Source: Naegleria gruberi (Eukaryota). Taken from it: DNA of 64,000 nt. The translations under genes and the position numbers were made by a program. Position 1 is the stretch's first letter. Every line of letters begins with the position of its first letter. Location of the stretch: the NCBI GenBank assembly GCA_000004985.1, contig GG738856.1; one strand, written 5' to 3'. Below are positions 1 to 11,900 of the stretch, piece by piece. The notes under the pieces are model-generated. The model did no database searches. It was not told the DNA's origin and saw only the letters and a list, made by a program, of their open reading frames with translations.

Positions 1-354
1 AAGGTGAAGGCAATGTTACTTCTCAATAATTCTGGATCCTTCCCATATTATCTCTATGAAAACTTTGTAAATAGTGATACTGATATGGTTCTATATGAAA
101 AAATTGAACATTCCCTAAGAGAATTTTACATCAACTCAATGATGACAGTGTTTGACATCTTTCAACCACAAGGAGATGAATTCAATGTAGATATTAATGA
201 AACCTATGTAATAACGAAAGAACTTGCCATCAGTGCATTCAAAAAGAATCAAAGTGTTCTATTCTGTGTATTTGATAGTACTTGCCCAAGATATGAATTT
301 TCAATCATTACACAAGAAATACTCAATATGTTAACAAGAAAGAATCTTCTTTAA
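1..354 (+). CDS. 3' end of a protein-coding gene truncated by the window edge; function unknown
   Basis: Frame 1 is open from base 1 to the TAA at 352-354. The upstream GTG/ATG are probably internal. No recognisable motif. Confidence 0.5.
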   Translation, partial: KVKAMLLLNNSGSFPYYLYENFVNSDTDMVLYEKIEHSLREFYINSMMTVFDIFQPQGDEFNVDINETYVITKELAISAFKKNQSVLFCVFDSTCPRYEFSIITQEILNMLTRKNLL

Positions 355-387
355 AAACCAAATAGTTATTTATTATTTTTAATACAT

Positions 388-2556
388 TTACTTTCTATTT
401 TTCTTTCCCTTAATTGGTTCTTCAATTTCAGGTTCTTCCTCTTCTTCCATTAAATTTTCTTCAAAATCAATGTCCTTCAAATCGTCAGCACTATATGATG
501 TATAACCGTAATCTTCCACAATTTCTTCTTCTTCTTGGACTTCTTCCTTGACACCTTCACCCCAAGTTAAATCAGCACCGACTGTAATCTTACCAGCCTT
601 CTTGTGTCGTACCCAAGCTTCAAGAGCAACTTCAGCCTTAGCATCTTCATCCTTGAATCTCAATTCAGCTTGTTCCTTAGATTCAACTGGTTCAATAGTT
701 GGTACATCAGTAATGAGAGTATCAAAGCTTTCAGCAGCTCTCACCATTTCAACCAACAAGTTTTGTAAATAGTTAATATTTTCCTTTCTTGTATCATAAA
801 TACCACTGATCAATGTCACTGATTGTTTGTTATCACTGAATCTCTTCTTGTATTTAGCCTTCATGTCTCCCTTAACAATCTTGATAAAGTTTTGTCTAGC
901 AATTTCAGAAGTGAAATCAATATCAGAAAGTCTAACTGTCAGTTTAACAATCTTATCTCTTGGATATTTAATACCATCATGACCGAAACCATATGAGAAT
1001 TTAGTAGAAATATGGTGAATTGGAAGTCTTGTTTCAGCAACATATTTAGATTGATAGAATGGCAACAATTCTCTGAGTTCTGGTCCTGATCGGGAAGCTC
1101 TAGCATGACTAACAATTGAAGTAAGGTTTTCAAGGTTAAAGATAGCTTTGAATGGTGATTTACCATCTCTCAATTGCTCCTTAATCTTTTGTTGGAGATA
1201 ATTAGAGAAGAGTGAATCCTCACTTTCAGCTTCTTCGAATACTCTAATATCAAAGTTAGCATCAGTACTGAATGCTTCCAATTGTGTTTGTAAAAATCCA
1301 TAAGTATCATTATCCAACTTTTCAATATTATCCAAAATGTTAGTCTTGAACTTATTGTATTCTTCAACGCTAAAGATTGGAGTAATTTGACTCTTATATT
1401 GTTTAAATGCAGAACCAACCATTTCCATAAAGTCTGGAGTTCCTTGTTCTTGTTGATAACGAGTTTGAATATCACTAACAATATTACTTTGGAGACTGAA
1501 GAGATGAGCTTGTGGATTAGCAGTCAAAAATTCACTACGAATCTTCAAGAAGGCAGAAAGCTTTTCAACCAAAGGAGAAAGTTGTGGATATTTAGTCTTG
1601 GTCTTATTCAACATTGTTGTTTGAACTTCAGTAGAAAGAGCAACAATCTTTTGTAAAGTTTGTTCAACTTGGCTCAATCTAGTAGTAAAACATTGTTCGG
1701 CAGTGTAATGCAAAGACATTCTCAAAACTTTAACTTCTTCTAATTTGTTAAAAGTTTCAGAGAGAAGTTTAGCTTCATCCTTTGATGAAGTTGTTTGTGT
1801 GAAATGTCCATTAACATATTCGTTATGGAAGGATTGTAATTGTTGTTTAAAGTTAACAATAACATTCCATTGTTCGTTGAGCCAGTTAAGGAGAGGAGTA
1901 TGATTTTGGTGGATAGAGCTTTGGAGTTCTAATTCAATAGGAATATTATGGAGGAAATCATATGAAGGTCTAACAATATTGTTTTGAGTGATAAATTGGT
2001 CTAATTTTTCCTTATAAACACGGAATTCCTCACTATCAAAAATTCTTTCAACCAATTCATCAGCAGTTAATGTAGCTGTAGGAGACTTTTTGTGAGATTT
2101 AAACATACTAATAAGTGTTTCTGATGGAATTGTTGATTGAATGAGTTGATAATTTTCCATATTAAAGCCAGTGAATGGTGCAGCCTTGTTAATGTTGAAG
2201 AAGTTTTCAAGGTCGGCAACTTCATGTTCAATTGTTTTTGTGAGTTTTGTTCCGGTGTGTTTACCTGTTGTGTATGTTGTTTCTGTGGATGAGGTAATTG
2301 GCAAGTCTACTTTGATATTAAAATCTGGTTTTAATAAAACACGTTCGCTTGTACTTTTTCTAGAAGCAACATTTGGATTAGATTCTTGAGTTTCCTCTAC
2401 ATGAGAAGCATTGTCGAGCTTCTTTTGAAGAATTTCTTGGAATTTTGGATGAGTATTGATTGGATAAGTAATTGAAGGAGGTAAATCACTCAAGTATCTA
2501 TACTTGGCTGTAGTTTTCAAGGAATTAAAAACTTTCAGGGCAAATCTGGTAGACAT
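388..2556 (-). CDS. Hypothetical protein with an acidic C-terminus; possible mitoribosomal mS35 (MRPS35/Rsm24)-like domain
   Basis: Long ORF. The track start at 2595 is a TTG; the first ATG (MSTRFALKVF...) is at 2556 and looks like a presequence. The segment HHISTKFSYGFGHDGIKYPRDKIVKLTVRLSDIDF...ENINYLQNLLVEMV resembles the mS35 domain from memory. E/D-rich tail. Confidence 0.45.
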   Translation of the reverse strand: MSTRFALKVFNSLKTTAKYRYLSDLPPSITYPINTHPKFQEILQKKLDNASHVEETQESNPNVASRKSTSERVLLKPDFNIKVDLPITSSTETTYTTGKHTGTKLTKTIEHEVADLENFFNINKAAPFTGFNMENYQLIQSTIPSETLISMFKSHKKSPTATLTADELVERIFDSEEFRVYKEKLDQFITQNNIVRPSYDFLHNIPIELELQSSIHQNHTPLLNWLNEQWNVIVNFKQQLQSFHNEYVNGHFTQTTSSKDEAKLLSETFNKLEEVKVLRMSLHYTAEQCFTTRLSQVEQTLQKIVALSTEVQTTMLNKTKTKYPQLSPLVEKLSAFLKIRSEFLTANPQAHLFSLQSNIVSDIQTRYQQEQGTPDFMEMVGSAFKQYKSQITPIFSVEEYNKFKTNILDNIEKLDNDTYGFLQTQLEAFSTDANFDIRVFEEAESEDSLFSNYLQQKIKEQLRDGKSPFKAIFNLENLTSIVSHARASRSGPELRELLPFYQSKYVAETRLPIHHISTKFSYGFGHDGIKYPRDKIVKLTVRLSDIDFTSEIARQNFIKIVKGDMKAKYKKRFSDNKQSVTLISGIYDTRKENINYLQNLLVEMVRAAESFDTLITDVPTIEPVESKEQAELRFKDEDAKAEVALEAWVRHKKAGKITVGADLTWGEGVKEEVQEEEEIVEDYGYTSYSADDLKDIDFEENLMEEEEEPEIEEPIKGKKNRK

Positions 2557-2933
2557 CTTCGCGCACGGGTTTTCAAAATATTTTTTTTTGTACAATTAAA
2601 AATTTATTTATTTTTTAAAAAGTAATATTGAAAGTTTTCAGAGTAGCCTATTCTGAATGATGGCCTTGAAGGAAGAAGGTTTGTTGTTATCAATTATCAT
2701 CATTACTTTAAAAACTGCTCAAAATCATTTAATTTCAAGAGTATTTGCAATGTATTATTATCGATAATCAAATAGAGAGTGATGATAAAATTGAAATTCA
2801 TTTGATGATGATTTAAAACTATTAAAAGAATTCATTTTGATCATCAAAATAATTCTAAAATTTGTTCATGATTTTAAACGTACGATCTTCTTTATTGACA
2901 ATACGTTAACGTGTCAAATAGACAACAACGGAT

Positions 2934-3308
2934 TTACTTTTGCTCCTTTTGTTTCTTTCTCTCTTCTTGTTCCTCTTCTTGTTTTTGAATAATAGCATCA
3001 AAACCAGCAGTCTTCTTCAAATAAATTTGGATCTTAGCCTTTTGGAAGGATTGTTCGTTTTTACTAGACACTGGAACAGTAGAAGTTTGGATCTTTGAGA
3101 TAGTAGCGAGCTTTTGGTTCTTCAAGATTTCAGCACATGAAACAACAGTATTGATGGCACTACCTAAACCACTAAGTTCAATCTCTTCGTTATTCTTCAA
3201 GAATTTCTTGGACAAATAAACGTAGAAGGAGAGAGATTGTTTGGTAGCAGAAACTTGAATCTTGTTGTCATCTTGCTTGCCTTGTGGTACGTTGCTAGAA
3301 GTGCTCAT
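2934..3308 (-). CDS. Alba-domain DNA/RNA-binding protein
   Basis: 124-aa ORF. NKIQVSATKQSLSFYVYLSKKFL...IELSGLGSAINTVVSCAEILK matches the Alba fold signature (G-x-G-x-AI...V..AEILK). K/E-rich tail. Confidence 0.75.
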   Translation of the reverse strand: MSTSSNVPQGKQDDNKIQVSATKQSLSFYVYLSKKFLKNNEEIELSGLGSAINTVVSCAEILKNQKLATISKIQTSTVPVSSKNEQSFQKAKIQIYLKKTAGFDAIIQKQEEEQEERKKQKEQK

Positions 3309-3739
3309 TTCCTTTAATTATGATATGCTCGGTACTAGAAATAATGATGATGATGTTGATAGAGTATTATCAGACGTTGTTGATTGCCTGCACTGTTAAT
3401 GTCTACTTAGATGAACGATCGTTTTTTTTTGTGTGTAAAGACAGCAAGCCTAGCTTCTTGTTAGCAGCTTACAAAATCAATCTCGTTAGAAGGAAGCCTC
3501 ATTTTTGCCCAAGCTGAGTCTCAGGTGTATTATGAAGAGGTTGTTTTTAGACTTACTTTAGCACACGTCTCGCTTGCAATTCCGAAGTTGTCAAATCTAA
3601 AAAAAGACTTGAAGTAATGAGAAGATTAATGTGAATTCCCAATATTTGTGTTAATATTCTGGTTAAATATATTAATTTTCTGTCAAGTTAATAAGTTAAT
3701 GGTTCATCCATTATGATAGTGAATGAAAATTAAAGAAAA

Positions 3740-5355
3740 TCATGGTTTACTAATGAAAGGAATATTTGCAAATCCTAATTGAGTACTCATTCTTTCAATA
3801 ACTTTACAAATATGTTCATAATCTTCTTCATTGGATTCTATAGTATTTGAAATTTTATATTCCACAAGTTCAGTAATATACGGTATCAATAATAATCCAA
3901 TTCCAAAATAAATAATATCACACGATCTATTTTCCACTTTTTCAACTATTATAAATGATTGAATTGATAAATATATCGAGTATACTTACTTGAAATTCTT
4001 GTTTCGGTAAAGAATATATAACTTGGTTGAGATAGAATGAATAGATTAATATATCTTCTGAAACATTTATCAATAGCTCTGATAAATAGTTTCTCCTTAT
4101 GAAATTTCACACTTTTATATCTATTCCACATCTTTTTCATCAAGTTAAAGTACATTTCAGAATATTGTATGTATGGATCTTCCAATAGAGTAGCTGTTTT
4201 TGTTACATTCTCATTGAAGAGATGTTCCATTTCTTCTCTTGTTGGATAGATTGATAAATCTACATGACATGAAGTATGCTTGTTTTTCAATTTCTTGTAA
4301 ATGAAATCGATTGATTTTTGAACTCGTTTTTGAAAATATAATCTTATGGAATATGGTGTATTGAGAATGTTTCTTCCTTGATACCATGGATTATTTTCTT
4401 GATTATATAAATAGAATACTCTTGTGAGGAATGGACGAACAATACTTGTTCTAAATAAATGACTCACAAACAGTTTTTCAAATTCATTCAATAATTTAGG
4501 GTAATCTTTTGGAAGATACAGATCAGTTCCATAATTGGTGGTCAAATAAGGATATGCAGCATTATAATTATAAACATAACATCCTACTTGTTTAGTATTT
4601 TCATTAATTTTCACAAATGGATCAAAATTGATTTGTTCAGTTCTATATCGTTCATTGACCAATTCTACATTATAGGAATAAGAGGAAAATTTGTAATTTT
4701 CATCTTCCGTTGGTTTTTTACAAGTATCGAATCCAATATCCAAAAAGGAAGTAAGAGGATTATTACTATTAAACAATATCGAATAAATATACGAGTTTCT
4801 AATATTAGTAGTATCTACATCTTCTGGTTTGTCTTTAATATATCTCAATAGACGATGTACATGTGTAGATTTAATCAATCTATAAAAGAATTGAAAGAAA
4901 ATATAAAAATCCGAAACATTTTTCACTCCAAAACACTTTCCATAATTAATATCATAAAAAGCATGATTAAAATAGACACTAATCATCAATGCACAAATAT
5001 CATTTCTTGATGTTAAAAGTGCTCTTCTCACACATTTATCAACCTCCTCAAATTGATCATCAACTTGATTTAATTTCTCTCTCATTAATTTCTCTGTTGT
5101 TTGTTGAAATAATTCTTCATTTTCCCTACTCCAATATTCACCTCTTCTCCAATTTTCAATCTTTTCCAAGGCTCCGAATGGTAATTCTTGTTGAATCTTT
5201 CTCCTCCAAAAGTGATCGGATTGAAATATTAATTTTCTTATTTTTCTATTTAATTTGGACCAACAATTGATCACCTCCCGAAGAGTACAATATTCAGCAA
5301 TGAAGAAACAAAAAAAATTATCATCCTGCAGACATAAATTAATAAATGGTTGCAT
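3740..5355 (-). CDS. Hypothetical protein with an F-box-like N-terminus; two exons (5355..3990, 3945..3740)
   Basis: ATG at 5355 follows an A-run. The apparent stop at 3949 lies inside a 44-nt GTAAGT...TAG intron. Splicing joins it in frame (phase 1) to ORF 3740..3937, which has no ATG of its own. N-terminal FFIAEYCTLREVINCWSKLNRKIRKLI is F-box-like. Confidence 0.6.
3946..3989 (-). other. Intron (44 nt)
   Basis: Minus-strand GTAAGTATAC...TTTATAATAG. Frame is restored across the junction (tca a|tt gaa). Confidence 0.7.
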
Positions 5356-5458
5356 TTTTTTTGTAAAGAATTCAAATTATTATTTATTATTGTTGAATAC
5401 TTGTTCTATAATGATTAGTATTAATACTTGTTCTATATAATGATATAATATGAGTTTT

Positions 5459-7851
5459 TTATTCTTTCAATAACTTTTTAATCTTTTTGTAAAGATATTT
5501 AGCAGGTAAATCATTTGGATTATGTTCCATAAAATCTTTCATAATATTCTTGGCAACTTCTAATTGAGTTTCTTGTAAATAATATGAAAATGCCTTATTG
5601 TAATCAACCCATCGATTCTTTCTTTCCTTATCTTTCAATTCATACATCCATTCATCTGTTAAAGTATCTTGTAATTCACCAATTTCGAATAGATTAATTT
5701 TCTGACCTTTTTGCTTTGAAATGAGTGAACAACTAGTTTCTAATAAAAATTGTTTTCTTCCAACAAATCGAGAGGAGAATTGTTCAGATTGTGAATGAAT
5801 AATTTCTGAAATTATGAATGAAATGTTAAATTTCATTGCATGTTTCATCATTCGTTGTAAATTTTGTGATAAACTTGACATGATTGTGAAAACTTTTGAT
5901 TCTCTAGTTCCGTAATTACCACATTTGGAAGTTTGGCTATGAACTGCAATTCTAAATGAGAAATTTTGAATTAAATCTGAATTTTGTTCAAATATTCTAT
6001 CATTCTTCCATTTCTTTGATAATTGTTGTAATCTATCATATAATTTAAAAGAGAATAATAATGATTTCTGACAATGTTGTTTGACTTCTGACACACTATT
6101 CAATGATATTACAATGGATTGATTTTCAAAACTACCCAAATATGCTCCAGACTTTGAACTTGTTTGTTGTAAAATTTCAAATAATTCACTCATCAATCTA
6201 ATAACTTCATTGTTATCTAAAATTGAAAACCAATCTTCAATTCCATCCAAATAAATTAAACAAGCACTAATATCCTTACTTTCCATTCCAATTTTAAACA
6301 TTGATGATTTGGAATCTGAGACTGATTTTCTTAATGAGTTTTTCAAATCAACACTTGAAAACATTCCATATTTGGATTTGGCTGCAGAATTTGTTGATTT
6401 TCTATAAGTGGATTCTGAAACAGCTTCTTGTTCTACTGCTGTATTATCACCTGTGTGTTCTAGTTGACTCAATAAATGGGATGGAATAAAAGCTCTATAT
6501 TGTCTAATTTTGGTAACCATTTGTGAAAAACCTTGTTGTAATTGAGAAATTTCTGTAAATCTACTTGGAACAATTACCAAATCCAATTCCATTCTTGAAA
6601 GACTATCAAATAATTCAATTAAATTCCAAAATGGTTTTGAAATTCTATAAGAGGAATAAATTCCCAAAAATGTTCCACCCAAAATTATCATTATACCACA
6701 AACAATGCCAACAATGATGGCAATGACCATATTTCCTATAAATGTCCATCTTGGAATGGTTACTGCAAATATCCAATCCAGCCCTGTTTGTGTGCAATAT
6801 CTGTAAACACTAATTTTGTAGAACGTATTCGAAACATCACCGAATGAATTGCAAGGTAACTGAAAATTTGGATAACTTTGATTAACCCAATGATATAAAT
6901 TTCTACTGTTATCATCCATTTGATCAACTGTAGTACTAATATTGAATGAATCAGGATAGCTCGCTAAATTATTGTAAAAACTTTACAAAAACAAATTACA
7001 ATCAACTTACTTGCAACTACAATTTGTGAACTAGTTTCAATAATCAATCCAAATGAACCACTATTCTCTCCCTGAGTAACATTCTTCAAGAAGAAAGTCA
7101 AATCAGAAACTGAAATTGCCATTTTCAAATACCAATCATAACCTTTAGCTCTTTGTGAATTTTCCTTCGAGTTGACTAAACCAACAAATCTCATTGGTAA
7201 ACCATTTAATTCATATAAATGAGTAAAGAATGGTTGACCAGGTTTCTTATAAATCATATTAGCAATAGCTGAATCAGAAGTTGGTGGTAAAGTTGCTAAA
7301 TAAATTGGACATGCTGGGAATATGACACATAATTTAACTGTAATTCCACTAATTGGTGAGATGAAAACTTTGATGAGTGGTTCATTAATGACATATCCAA
7401 TGGCATTGCTTTCATAATTGTAAACTGTCAATTCTTTCATTATGGATTTGTGAAAAGTAGTTTCGGATAAAGTAAACGAAGCTATTGAGGAATCTGCAGT
7501 GTTGATATCTGAAACATTGGTGAATGAATTCATGATTTGATATTTGGCAGTTTGAGAGGCAATCACGAATTGATTAAAAGTTTGATCAACGTATGAAATT
7601 AATTTATCCTGTTTTAAGGAAACTATTGAATCTGACATTTCTTGTAATGAAATACTAAACGAAAGTATCCAAATAATACTTTGAATAAATACACTGCATG
7701 TTACTGCTATTATAATAATGGAGAGAATGCAAAATTTAATGGACACTAATTTTCTATTCGAATCTAATTCATTCATTGAACTTTCAGACGAATCTTCATC
7801 TATTGTTTTATCTCCTTTTGATAGAGTGGTAATGGGTTGAATTCTTGCCAT
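5459..7851 (-). CDS. Receptor-type cyclase-homology protein: TM, extracellular sensor-like region, TM, HAMP-like linker, degenerate class III cyclase domain, TPR-like tail; two exons (7851..7011, 6963..5459)
   Basis: Hydrophobic segments FCILSIIIIAVTCSVFIQSIIWIL and MVIAIIVGIVCGIMIILGGTFLGIY. The CHD-like block CLIYLDGIEDWFS...GAYLGSFENQ...FRIAVHSQTSKCGNYG...FTIMSSLSQNLQRM keeps the first metal Asp and the N/R pair but lacks the GD and WGD motifs. Confidence 0.65.
6964..7010 (-). other. Intron (47 nt)
   Basis: GTAAGTTGATTG...AATAATTTAG. Joins ORFs 6964..7851 and 5459..6919 in phase 1 (GCA A|CG AGC). Confidence 0.8.
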
Positions 7852-7998
7852 TTTTCTTTATGATTTTCTCTGAAATCTGTTTCAAATTCAATAAGAAGTA
7901 GTTCAACTATTATTGTAGTTTTATGTAATGTTGACTGATTGAAGTGTAGTTTATGTGTGTAGTACAAACTAAATATATATGTTTGTGCTTGGATTTCC

Positions 7999-8011
7999 TT
8001 TCTCTCTCTCT
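7999..8011. repeat. (TC)n microsatellite in a long divergent intergenic region
   Basis: tttctctctctcta read directly. Confidence 0.8.
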
Positions 8012-8915
8012 AGGGTTGAGAATATAATTTACGTTTTGGATGTTCCTGAAACATCAATAGACATCATCAACATTAATATTTTTGTCAATAGAATTAAAAA
8101 GCACTGTACTGAGTAGTAAACACGAATGAGGCACATAAAATTGAATATAAAACTTGAAGCCCCACAAGTGTGTTAACCTCTGATGAACTTGCATGGTTGG
8201 GTATATTTTATTTTCCGATCAAAACTGTTTGCAAACAATGAAAAACAATAAATTTTGTCGTCATGCACTAAATTAAAAAAATATTTATTTTCCAACCTAA
8301 TGATGAATTGATTCTTCATCTTGATAGAGAGAAGATTGTGTCAACCTCTCACAATGATCCTTAATTTATATTTGTATTCTTTAATTTCAAATTACTTGAT
8401 CAAATTTGACTTGGCCGATATTAAACTCACCCCGAATGTGCAACTTCATTTCTCAACTTCATTCTACAAGAGATTGTTTTGATTCAAAATTTGTGCATTT
8501 TCAAAGATTTAGACTTCTTAATCAATTATTTAATTTTGGAACGATTCAAAGTTGTATGAATCGAATAGTATCTTCTCAAATTATCCATCAATTTTCAAAG
8601 ATAGTGTTCATGGCTCAGAATATATTGGAGGTCTGAATCTCTATGAACCCATCAGTGTTTGTAGATAAATCACTACCTATCAAAACTTTCCAATTGAGGT
8701 ATAAATAATCACAATAGGACAACTCTATAGATTGCAAAATTTAATATTTGTGTTTTAAAAAGCTCGATTAGCACAGAATTAAACAATATCTCTTGAAATC
8801 AATCCAAAAATGTACAAAAAATTAGTTCACCGAATAATAAAAACACAAATTTTCATACACCTTTACCTTCTTTCGAATAATAATTTGTAGTTGAAAACTA
8901 GTTTCTTTCAAAAAA

Positions 8916-11900
8916 ATGTATAAAGTTAAAACCACCACTGATCCAATAACCATTACAAATAATAGTTTGATAATAGCAGAGTCAACTGAAATAAAAGAGG
9001 GAAGTGTAACAGGTGTTGATAATTCATCTCAAATACTTTCGTCTGCTTCAAGTTCTTCATTATCAGCTCTGACTGGAAAGAGTTTAGTTTCGTCTTTACT
9101 TTCTAATATTTATTCTATCATTATTACATTTCGTCCAAAAGAAAGTTTGAATAATTCAACTTCTAAAATTGTTTGGGCGATAATTTTTCATATTTATTTA
9201 ATTTATAATTCAATTGTTGTTTCGTCATTTCCAATACCTTATTCGAGACAAGACGAATCTAAATTATGGGGTTATATTCCAGCATGGATTTGGAGAGTTT
9301 TATTCTTTCCAATGAATTTTGGATGTGAATTTTATCCATATGAAGCAATTGTAACATTATCAATACTATTTCTAGTTTTGGAAATTGCAACTATTTTTGG
9401 ATTTTATTGGTGTAGATGGGCTTCTAAAAAAGGAGGTAAATTATATGAAAAAGGTTTGTTTAATGGGTATTAAAATTTAAATAATTTTTAAAATAATTTT
9501 TCAATAGTTAAACAAATCATTCAAGCAATTGTTATCTTTTATAGAATTTTTACCATTTTTATAATTTACATTCATAGTTTATTACTTTCTCCTAATATTT
9601 CAGATATGACTTCCTATTTTTATCCATCTGTTTCATTTACTAATACTCCACATATTGTATTTGCTTGTGTTGGTGTGATTGGTATTATACTAACTTTAGT
9701 AATTACCATTTTTGGAATTTATTTAACAATTGAAACAATTCCACCAACTTCATACAAAACATTCTTTTCACTTGCTTTAATTTATCCATTCTGTTCATTA
9801 ATTGTCACTAATCAAATAAGTGTCATTGCAAATATTATTTGTAGTGAAAAATTCTCCTTCATTTCCTCAATTATTAAGATTATTCTAAATATGGTAGTAT
9901 TCTGTTTAATGTTTAGAACATTTCCATTTTTTAGAAAATGGGAAAATTGTTTCTTCTTGGGAATTGTTGGTTCTAAAATTTTGGCGCCAATTGTTCCCTT
10001 AGTTTTACATTTTGTTAAGGGAAATGACATTATTGGCGGATCATTGACAGGTGTCACATTTATTGCAGCCTTAATTGGTTTCGTATTAGCAAGTCTATTT
10101 TCCTATATTTATTCCAGTTTACATTTGAGACATGTTAGAAAATTATTGGATTACAAATCAGAAACAAGTAATACTTTACAATATTTGGAACATTCAAAAG
10201 ATGTACAAAATTCAATTTCACTCTTTCTTCGATTTTCATTAACTCAAACAAGAAATTTGACAAATTTAGAAGGAAGTGATTTTGATTTTGCAAAATATTT
10301 TGTTTTACAAAATGGAAAAAACATGTCATCTGCTGAAATGTTAATTACCTGTTCAATGTTTATTGCATTTGGTCAATTGGAGGGATATGATAAAAGTCAA
10401 GCATGTGCACTTGGTTTAGCATGTTTACAAAAAGCAGCAAAGAATTCACCCAATCAAATTCAAATATTTCACATCATGCTAAGAATGGAAGAATTGGAAC
10501 ATTTAGCCTTTCATGGAAATAATTTGGAAGTTTTAAGAAGATTGGAAACTTTAGAAAAAAAGGTAAAAATTTTAGGAAGAGCTCACAAAACATTTTTTAA
10601 AGAATTATTGAATGAAAAGCCAAAAATTACAAAATTGGAAAATATCAATCGTACATGTTGTGTACTTTACAATGAATGTGATAAGATTTATGAGAATTTA
10701 TTGAATATGAGTAGAAATAATAAGGCACTTTTGAAATCTTATGCTTCCTATTTGGAAAAATATAAATGGGAATTCCAATTAGCTCAGGAATTTTATGAGG
10801 AAGCTCAAGAGGCTGAAGAAGATAAGAAAACTGCACAAATTATATTGAAATCTAGACGAAAGTCAATGAAAGGTGAAATTCCACAACCAATTCCAGAATC
10901 AGCAAGTAGAAGATTCAGTATCACCAATACTTCATATATGAATGATGAAAATTGGGATTCGGTTAGTTGTGCAGCAGCTGAAGAGAATGAAGATAGAAAG
11001 GATAATATCATTAGAAGTGCTATTAATACTCCTATGAATACTTTGATTTATTCATTATCTTTCTTATTGATTAGTTTAGTTTCAATTATTGCTTTGGCTA
11101 TCATTGCACCAATGGCATTGAGTTATTCTGCAACCATTGATATTAGAATGTCAATGCAAGAGAAAGTATGCTTAATGTCAGGTGTTCCTTACAAGATGCT
11201 TTCACAAATCAAAGCCCTCCAATCAGAACATGCCTTGAGAGGTTTCATTTCTCCTCAAATGAAAAATTCAACCTATACTCAAACTAATCTCATGTTAGAT
11301 TTAACAGAAGAAGTAATAAGTGCAGGAAGTAATGGTAAACTAATTCCAGAAGTAGTCCAAGCCTATTTAAATAGTGAATATATTGTAAGCATTCCAATTA
11401 AGAATTATTCACTTGAAAATACTTCAATTATTCCTGAATATTCACAAACTAATACTTCACTATCTTTCTATATGGGTACTATTCTAGCTCAGGGTAGAAA
11501 TGTTCTGTTACAATTTTCAGATTTGGAAACTTTGACAACTCATTTGGATAACAATTATCCATTTTTATTTTTCTATTACAATAGAATGGTCATGACAAAT
11601 GCATTTAACAAATTTTGTACAACATTTGTGAATGCTAGTGTTGATTCATTGGATCAGAATTTCAATTCTTTATTAATTGCTTCTTGTTCAGTTATGGTAG
11701 TTTATCTATTTTTGGCAATTTCTTACTTGTTAGTAATGCGTATGCATACTAAGAGAATTACTATGGAAATTAAGGGCGTATTCAAAAAGATTCCAAAAGA
11801 TGAAATTGGAAAAATTTATCATAATTTTGATAAGAAATTGGACGATACCATGAATTCATTGAATTCATCCATATTGAAACCTAATCGTTTAATTATTTTA

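Noticed and set aside
548-2389. Short ORFs nested in or antisense to the long gene 388..2556 (548..772, 939..1166, 1170..1481, 1387..1656, 2171..2389)
   Set aside because: They lie entirely inside a much longer ORF, have low-complexity or odd composition, and show no motifs. This is typical of spurious frames in AT-rich DNA. The same reasoning applies to the many nested 60-150-aa ORFs elsewhere in the track.
3320-3517. Intergenic ORF, plus ATGATGA / CTGA strings that could suggest a C/D-box snoRNA
   Set aside because: The ORF has no motif. The C and D box-like strings are about 170 nt apart, with no terminal stem or identifiable guide, and TGATGA strings are common in these spacers.
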